From Phycisphaera mikurensis NBRC 102666 (lineage in GTDB: Bacteria; Planctomycetota; Phycisphaerae; Phycisphaerales; Phycisphaeraceae), in contig NC_017080.1 of the NCBI RefSeq assembly GCF_000284115.1, forward strand, positions 2,730,001 to 2,762,000: a stretch of 32,000 nt of DNA, in the 5' to 3' direction. The position numbers and the translations under genes were made by a program. Of this stretch, positions 26,395-32,000 are shown piece after piece (position 1 is the first letter of the stretch; each line of letters starts with the position of its first letter). The notes below the pieces were generated by a model, which worked only from the letters and a program-made list of their open reading frames with translations, ran no database searches and had not been told where the DNA came from.

Positions 26395-27122
26395 CGCTCG
26401 TCGGGCCCGCGGAGGGCGACCGGCGAGCGGAGCAGCTCCGCCATCACGATCGCGTGGCGGAGGTCGTCCCGCTGGAGCGGCCCGCGGACGGCAATCGACG
26501 CCGCGGGCGCGAGCTGCTCGACCGCGACCACCCGCAGCTTGGGCGCGGCCGCGGGCTCGGTGCGGGGCCGGGCAACCGGCCGCGGACGCGGGGCCGGCGG
26601 CGGCGGCGGCGGACGCCGGACCGGGACGGTCCGCGCCGGCTCCTCGCGGACGACGAAGTCCGGCAGCGGTCGCTGCGGCTGTCGCTGCGGCTGCGGCTGC
26701 GGCTGTTGCTGGTGCTGCGGCTGCGGACGGGGACGCCGGGGGGCCGGCCGGCCCTCGGCGGAAGCGCCGGGCGTCGACGGACGGTCGGATCGCCCGCCCG
26801 CGGCCGCCTCGGCCCGGGCCCGCTCGATCCGCTCACGCATCGACATGCCCCCGCCGCGGCCGCCGGTCCCGCCGGCCGCCGACGCCACCGCGGGCTCCGC
26901 CTGCCGACGCGGCTCAGGCTCCGCCGCAACGCCGCCCGGCCGGTCCTCCACGGGCGCCGCCCGGCCCTCGTAGGCGGCTTCCTTGAGCCGCCGGGCCTCC
27001 CGCCGCTTCACCGCCTTCTTGTAGCCGCCCCAGATCCAGGAGCCCAGGAAGACGAGGCCGAAGATCAGCGGCCCGATGAGGTCCGGCGGGATGCTGAGCT
27101 GAGCGAGCGGGACGGCGGGCAT
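26391..27122 (-). CDS. Hypothetical N-terminally anchored protein with Pro/Gln-rich linker
   Basis: One TM helix (LIGPLIFGLVFLGSWIWGG), a long low-complexity region (PRPQPQHQQQPQPQPQRQPQRP, PPPPPPAPRPRP) and a short C-terminal LRHAIVMAELLRSPVAL segment. Tightly packed between neighbouring genes. Confidence 0.55.
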   Translation of the reverse strand: MPAVPLAQLSIPPDLIGPLIFGLVFLGSWIWGGYKKAVKRREARRLKEAAYEGRAAPVEDRPGGVAAEPEPRRQAEPAVASAAGGTGGRGGGMSMRERIERARAEAAAGGRSDRPSTPGASAEGRPAPRRPRPQPQHQQQPQPQPQRQPQRPLPDFVVREEPARTVPVRRPPPPPPAPRPRPVARPRTEPAAAPKLRVVAVEQLAPAASIAVRGPLQRDDLRHAIVMAELLRSPVALRGPDER

Positions 27123-27131
27123 CGCCCAAGC

Positions 27132-28010
27132 CTACGCGTCGGCGGAGGCCAAGCCGGCGGTGAAGACGGCCCCGCCGCGGGCGGCGCCCGGCGGCGGACG
27201 CCCCGGAGCCCGCTCGAAGGCGGTCCCGTAGACCGGGCGCAGGACCGCGTCCTGGATCACCTCCTCCGGAGTGCCTCTCGCGACGAGCCGGCCGCCCGCC
27301 AGCAGCCACACCGCGTCGGCGTACCGCCAGGCGGCGGTGAGGTCGTGGAGCGTGGCGACGACGGCGAGGCCGCCGGTGGCCGCGGCCCGCAGGGTCGCCA
27401 TCGCGGCTTCGGCTTGGGCGGGATCCATGCCCGCCGTCGGCTCGTCGGCGAGCAGCACGGCGCCGCCGTCGGCCTGCGCCATCCCCCGAGCCAGCAGGAC
27501 CCGGCGTTGCTGCCCACCCGAGAGCGCCGCGTGCGGCCGGTCCATCAAGCCGGCGACGCCGCACCGCTCCGCCGCCGCGGCGATGGCCGACCGGCCGGAG
27601 GCGCCGCCCGCGTCGCCGTGCGCGTGCCGGGCCATCGCCAGCACCTCCGCCACCGTGAATCCGAAGCGGACGCCGCCGGCCTGCGGCACGTACGCGAGCC
27701 GTTGTGCCCGCCAGCGGGCTTCGCGGGTTCCCACGCCGCCGCCGGCCCCGCCCAGCCGGCGGCCGAGGAGGTGGATGGCCCCGCGATACCGCACCTCTTG
27801 GCCCAGGGCTGAGCGCAGCAGCGTCGTCTTGCCCGCCCCGTTGGGCCCCAACAGCGCCACCAGCTCCCCGGGTCGGGCCGCCCCCCAGACGGGCCCGAGC
27901 ACCGGCGGGCCCCCGCCGTACCCGGCCGTCAGGGCCTCCCAGCACAGCCCCGTGGCGTCGGGAGGAGCGGCTCCGCCTGCCGCCGGGCCGGTCGTTCCAG
28001 CGTGCATCAC
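27132..28010 (-). CDS. ABC transporter ATP-binding protein (FecE/HmuV-like), no adjacent permease
   Basis: Walker A GPNGAGKTT, signature LSGGQQRR, Walker B LLADEP, H-loop TLHDL and ADAVWLLAGGRLVARGTPEEV. GTG 28010 or ATG 28007 start. Confidence 0.85.
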   Translation of the reverse strand: MMHAGTTGPAAGGAAPPDATGLCWEALTAGYGGGPPVLGPVWGAARPGELVALLGPNGAGKTTLLRSALGQEVRYRGAIHLLGRRLGGAGGGVGTREARWRAQRLAYVPQAGGVRFGFTVAEVLAMARHAHGDAGGASGRSAIAAAAERCGVAGLMDRPHAALSGGQQRRVLLARGMAQADGGAVLLADEPTAGMDPAQAEAAMATLRAAATGGLAVVATLHDLTAAWRYADAVWLLAGGRLVARGTPEEVIQDAVLRPVYGTAFERAPGRPPPGAARGGAVFTAGLASADA

Positions 28011-28016
28011 CCCCGG

Positions 28017-28022
28017 ACGCTA
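28017..28022 (-). promoter_or_regulatory. -10-like box TAGCGT, 6 nt upstream of the ABC ATPase GTG
   Basis: Minus strand reads TAGCGT ccgggg GTGATG. Confidence 0.4.
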
Positions 28023-28110
28023 CCGCGAAACCGGCCGCGGGACGCTCAGGTGCGACCGCGATTCTCCCGATGCACCCGGTGGCCGCGCTGCCGCCGCTTC
28101 GAGAGAGATC

Positions 28111-30594
28111 ATGGACGACGCCACCACCCTCCGCCCCGCCACCGACCCCAGCATGGACCTGCTCGGCGACCTCGAGCTCCGCCTCGATGCGCTCAAGAAG
28201 TGGCAGCGCGAGAGCGCGGCCCACGCCGCCTCCGTGGAGGAGCGTGAACGCGAGCTCGAGGCGGGCCGTCGCGCGTTGGAGGAAGCCTCCGCCGAGCTGG
28301 ACCGCGAGCGGGAGCAAGCGGCCGAGGCCGCGGCGTCCCTCGAGGCCCGCCGGGCGGAGGCCGAGCAGGAGCAACGCGCCTCCGCCCAGCGGCGGGCCGA
28401 GCTCGACGAGGAAGCCGAGGCCCTGCGGGAGCGCGGCGAGACGCTCTCGCGCCAGCGCGACGAGGCCGAGGCCGAGCGGGCCCGGACCCGCGAGGAGGCC
28501 GCCCGCCTCGCGGAGGACCGGGAAGCCCTCCAGCGCGACCGCGACGATCTCGAGGAGCGAGGCCGCTCGGTCGCGGGGCAGGAAGCCGAGGCGGCGGCGA
28601 TCGAGGGCCGGGAGGCGGCCCTGGGCGAGCGTTCCGCCGCGCTCCAGGCGGAACGGGAGGCCCTGGACGCCCGCGCCGCGGAGCTGGAGACGCGGGACGC
28701 GGAGCTTGAGGAGCGACGCGTCGGCTTGGGCGAGGCCGAAGCCGGTGCAGCCGAGCTCGCGGAACGATCCGCCGCGCTCGATGCCGAACGCGAGGCCCTC
28801 CGCCTCCGCTCCGCCGAGCTGGACGCCTTCCGGGACGAACTCGAGACCGAGCTGCAGCGGCTTAACACGCTGGAGTCGGACCTGCAGGAACGCTCAGCCG
28901 ATCTTGACGCCCGCGAGCAGCGCCTGATCGACGCGACCGGCAAGCACGCCGCCGACCTGGAGGCCAGCAGCCGCGAGCAATCGGACCACGCGGCCGAGGC
29001 GGCGGCCGCGGCGGAGACGCTCGCCACACTCAGCGCGAGGCTCGAAGCCCGCGAGACCGAGCTCGACGGCTCGCGCAAGGCCCTCGGCGACGCCGCGGAG
29101 GAGGTCCGCCGGCTGACCGACGCGCTGGCGGAAGCCGAGGAGGCCGCGATGGAGATGCAGGCCCAGGCCGAGAGCGGCCCGGCCGCCCCGCCGGCCGAGC
29201 CGGCCGCCGCCGGAACGGGTCCCGCGTCGGCCGTCAGCGAGGAGGAGGTGGCGGCGATGCGGGCCGAGCTCGACAAGCGGGCCCACAACCTCAAGCGCGC
29301 CAAGCGCAAGATCATGGACCTCCAGGACGAGGTCCGCAACGCCTCGGACCGCAACGGCGAGTCGGCGATCTTCTCCTCCGGCGAGCTGGACCTCTCCGAG
29401 GTCACCGAGCTCCGCATGAAGCTCGAGACGCGGGAGCAGGAGCTCGCGATCGCCAAGGAGAAACTCGAGGCCTCCGCCGCCGAGGTCGCCCGCCTGCGGG
29501 TCCGCGTCGACGAGCTGCTCAAGCGCGGCGGCCGCTCGGGCAGCGCCCTGCCGGGCGACACCCCCGATCACGCCGCCCGGGCGCTGGAGCTCGACGAGCT
29601 GGCGGCTCAGGTCACCGCGGACCGCAACCGGGTCCTCGAGCGGAAGTCGCAGCTCAAGGCCGCCGACGCGCTCATCCGCAGCCGGCGCGAGAAGATCCGG
29701 GACTACATCAAGGAGTTCCGCGGCAACCACGGCCGCGCCCGCGGCGGCGGCGGCATCGACCCCGGCAAGATTGCGCAGCTCGAGCAGGAGCGTTCGACGC
29801 TGCTGGAGGTCAAACGCTTCCTGCAGGCGTCCGAAGCGCAGATGGTCAAGCGCTGGGCGGTGCAACGAACCGCGAGCGTCGTCGCCACGCTCGTCATCGC
29901 CGTCGCGGCCGCCGCGGCCGTCAGCTGGACCGCCGCCGGCGTCATCGCCCAGCCGCTCTACCAGAGCACGCTCACCCTGGAGGTCCGCGAGGCGCCCGGG
30001 GAGGAAGCGTTGCCCCCGGGGGTCTGGCTCAGCGGCTACCAGCGCGACCTGCTCTCCGAGCCGGTGCTCCAGGAGGTTCAGAACCAGCTGCAGCAGCGCG
30101 ACCTCCGCCTCGCCGGATCGGTCGAGGGCCTCGGCGAGCGGCTCCGCGGCCGGGTGGGCGTGCGGGGCGAGCGGGAGGCCCTGGAGATCACCTTCACCGA
30201 CCCGGACCCCAAGCTGGTGGTGCCCGTGCTCGACGCGGTCGGCCGGGGCCTGCTGATCCACCACATGGCCCAGGACCGCCGCGCCGGGCGGATGAGCGAC
30301 ACGGCCTCGATCCGCAGCGAGGCGGTCGCTCGCGACCAACCCGTCCGCGACGAGCGGGTCCGGTTCTTCGGCATGATCCTCGGCGGCTTCGCCGTGCTCG
30401 CGCTGCTCGCGGCGATCCCCGCCCGGCTGCTGGCCGGGCGCGCCTCCCGCCAGCTGCCCGAGGGCGCCGTCGCCGAGCTCGCCGTCCTGGAGCACCCCTC
30501 GCCGCTGGTCACCGAAGCGATGGAGGCGTCCAAGGCCACCGGCGGCGGAGCCGACGACGAGGGCGACGTGATCAAGCCGGTCTTCCGGTTCTGA
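28111..30594 (+). CDS. Large coiled-coil membrane protein with C-terminal Wzz/PCP-like (chain-length-determinant-like) domain, 827 aa
   Basis: About 590 aa of E/R/A/L-rich heptad-like sequence with no signal peptide. Then a TM helix (VVATLVIAVAAAAAVSWTAAGVIA), QPLYQSTLTLEV...LSEPVLQEV...EALEITFTDPDPKLVVPVLDAV (PCP-like) and a second TM (FFGMILGGFAVLALLAAI). ATG 28111 is the first start after the divergent gene. Confidence 0.7.
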   Translation: MDDATTLRPATDPSMDLLGDLELRLDALKKWQRESAAHAASVEERERELEAGRRALEEASAELDREREQAAEAAASLEARRAEAEQEQRASAQRRAELDEEAEALRERGETLSRQRDEAEAERARTREEAARLAEDREALQRDRDDLEERGRSVAGQEAEAAAIEGREAALGERSAALQAEREALDARAAELETRDAELEERRVGLGEAEAGAAELAERSAALDAEREALRLRSAELDAFRDELETELQRLNTLESDLQERSADLDAREQRLIDATGKHAADLEASSREQSDHAAEAAAAAETLATLSARLEARETELDGSRKALGDAAEEVRRLTDALAEAEEAAMEMQAQAESGPAAPPAEPAAAGTGPASAVSEEEVAAMRAELDKRAHNLKRAKRKIMDLQDEVRNASDRNGESAIFSSGELDLSEVTELRMKLETREQELAIAKEKLEASAAEVARLRVRVDELLKRGGRSGSALPGDTPDHAARALELDELAAQVTADRNRVLERKSQLKAADALIRSRREKIRDYIKEFRGNHGRARGGGGIDPGKIAQLEQERSTLLEVKRFLQASEAQMVKRWAVQRTASVVATLVIAVAAAAAVSWTAAGVIAQPLYQSTLTLEVREAPGEEALPPGVWLSGYQRDLLSEPVLQEVQNQLQQRDLRLAGSVEGLGERLRGRVGVRGEREALEITFTDPDPKLVVPVLDAVGRGLLIHHMAQDRRAGRMSDTASIRSEAVARDQPVRDERVRFFGMILGGFAVLALLAAIPARLLAGRASRQLPEGAVAELAVLEHPSPLVTEAMEASKATGGGADDEGDVIKPVFRF

Positions 30595-30646
30595 CCCGGA
30601 CCGGGAACGCCGGCCGCGGGGGCTCCGCACGCGGTCGCGCCCCGCG

Positions 30647-32000
30647 TCAGTGGCCCAGCAGCGCCTTCCGCAGCGGCTTCCGCGCTCTCGAGGGTGCGAC
30701 GACCACCACCGTGTCCCCCAGCGCAAGCTGCTCCGCCGCCGCCGGGATGAAGGTCTTGGCCCCGCGTTGCACCAGCGCCACCAGCGCCTGCTCCGGCAGG
30801 TTCAGCCGCGAGAGCGGCACGCCGATCACCGCCGCGTCGGCCTTGTTCAGCCGCGTCTCGTACACCTCGGCGACGCCGTCGGCCAGCGTGGCGAGGTGGC
30901 GCATCGAATGGGTCTCGAGCCGGCGCAGGATCTCGCCCACCGCGGTCGCCCGCGGGCTGAAGACCAGGTCGATGCCGATGTGCGAGAGCAGGTGCGTGTA
31001 GACGCTCCGCTGGAGCACGCACACCGCCGACTTCACGCCCATCGTCTTCGCCCGGGCGGCGATGAGGATGTTGGTCTCGTCGTCCTCGGTGCAGGCGATG
31101 AAGGCGTCGGCCTGGTCGACGCGCTCGTCGAGCAGCACCTCGCTGGCGATGATGTCACCGGTGAGCACCGTCACCCAGGGCAGCCGCTCGGAGAGCGCGG
31201 CGGCGCGGGCCGGATCGCTCTCGAACAGCCGCACCTGGAACTGCTTGGCCCGCAGCTCGCGGCACAGCCAGACGCCCTGGTTCGTGCCGCCCACGAGCAT
31301 CACCTTCAGCCGGCGCGGCGTCTCGACGCCGAAGACCTTGAAGAGCTTCACCAGGCTCGACTCGTCGCCGATGGCCGTCACCACGTCGCCGGCGATGAGC
31401 TCGGTGTCGGCGTTGGGCCGGAAGGCCTCCTCGCCCCGCTCCACCGCGACCACCAGCGAGCACGACGGCAGCGGCAGCTCGGAGAGCTTCGCACGCGTCG
31501 CCTTGGAGCCCTCGCCCACCGGCAGCCGCTGGAGCTCGATGCTGCCGCGGGCGAAGTTCTCGACCTCCTGGGCACCCGGTGACCGCAGCGTGGTCGCCAC
31601 CGCCACCGCCGTCGTGTGCTCGGGGCACACCAGGTGATCGATGCCGAAGTGCTTGCCGTAGTCGAGGCCCTGGCTCTCGAAGTACGAGGCGTGGTGGACG
31701 CGGGCGATCGTCTGGTCGCAGCCCAGCGCCGAGGCGATCGACGCGGAGAGCAGGTTGATCTCGTCGATGCTCGTCGCCGCGATGAACAGGTCCGCCTCGG
31801 CCACGCCCGCCCGCCGGAGCACCTCGGCCCGCGTCGCGTCGCCCTCCATCGCCCCGATGTCGATCAGCGACTCACACTCGGCGAGCTTGGCCGGGTCGCG
31901 GTCGATGAGCGTGACGTTGTGGCCGTCGGGCGCGAGCACCTCGGCGGAGTGGCGGCCGACCTCGCCGGCGCCGCAGATGATGATGTTGATGGTTCCGCTC
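30647..32000 (-). CDS. trkA: Trk system potassium uptake protein TrkA (5' end beyond window)
   Basis: Two Rossmann repeats (NIIICGAGEVGRH at the window edge, KVMLVGGTNQGVW) each followed by a TrkA_C-like segment. The ORF is still open at position 32000. Confidence 0.9.
   Translation of the reverse strand, partial: SGTINIIICGAGEVGRHSAEVLAPDGHNVTLIDRDPAKLAECESLIDIGAMEGDATRAEVLRRAGVAEADLFIAATSIDEINLLSASIASALGCDQTIARVHHASYFESQGLDYGKHFGIDHLVCPEHTTAVAVATTLRSPGAQEVENFARGSIELQRLPVGEGSKATRAKLSELPLPSCSLVVAVERGEEAFRPNADTELIAGDVVTAIGDESSLVKLFKVFGVETPRRLKVMLVGGTNQGVWLCRELRAKQFQVRLFESDPARAAALSERLPWVTVLTGDIIASEVLLDERVDQADAFIACTEDDETNILIAARAKTMGVKSAVCVLQRSVYTHLLSHIGIDLVFSPRATAVGEILRRLETHSMRHLATLADGVAEVYETRLNKADAAVIGVPLSRLNLPEQALVALVQRGAKTFIPAAAEQLALGDTVVVVAPSRARKPLRKALLGH

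Noticed and set aside
30595-30646. Possible bidirectional terminator between the coiled-coil gene and trkA (7-bp stem CGCGGGG...CCCCGCG with a 17-nt loop)
   Set aside because: Weak stem, large loop and no U or A tracts. This is not enough evidence to call a feature.

Overview
Very GC-rich (roughly 70%+) chromosomal window. Gene content (DUF1800/DUF1501 pair, S55 peptidase, Ala/Arg/Pro-rich proteins) fits a Planctomycetota/Phycisphaerae-like genome, but that assignment is inference only. I support about 26 protein genes. Housekeeping calls are birA-like, GT39/ArnT-like glycosyltransferase, MBL hydrolase, mgtE, surE, lysA, fcl, gmd, bcp, rnc, rpmH, gntK and trkA. The rest are a DUF1800 protein with a long N-terminal extension plus DUF1501, an S55 peptidase plus a secreted beta-propeller protein, a LarA-like enzyme, an orphan ABC ATPase operon and a large coiled-coil/Wzz-like membrane protein. 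One IS630-family element (16532-17777, TA duplication in a CTAG target, two ORFs joined at an A6 slippery run) sits against a 165-bp MITE-like palindromic element that overlaps the rnc stop codon. Other non-coding structure: a perfect 27-bp-arm palindrome after lysA, a classic terminator after rpmH, a C-rich/G-poor leader before DUF1501, a GGTCTG hexamer array, a recurring TCCGCGGA(TCC) palindrome in promoter gaps, and TAnnnT boxes 6-10 nt upstream of seven start codons, which suggests leaderless mRNAs. No rRNA, tRNA or CRISPR array was seen. The many very long Arg/Pro/Gly-rich alternate-frame ORFs are high-GC shadow ORFs. The most interesting candidates are the order-swapped S55 peptidase, the five-gene ABC-ATPase/PQ-rich anchor/macro-like/gntK/LarA-like operon, the coiled-coil PCP-like protein and the nested CTAG insertions at rnc. 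None can be shown to be a new system from sequence alone.
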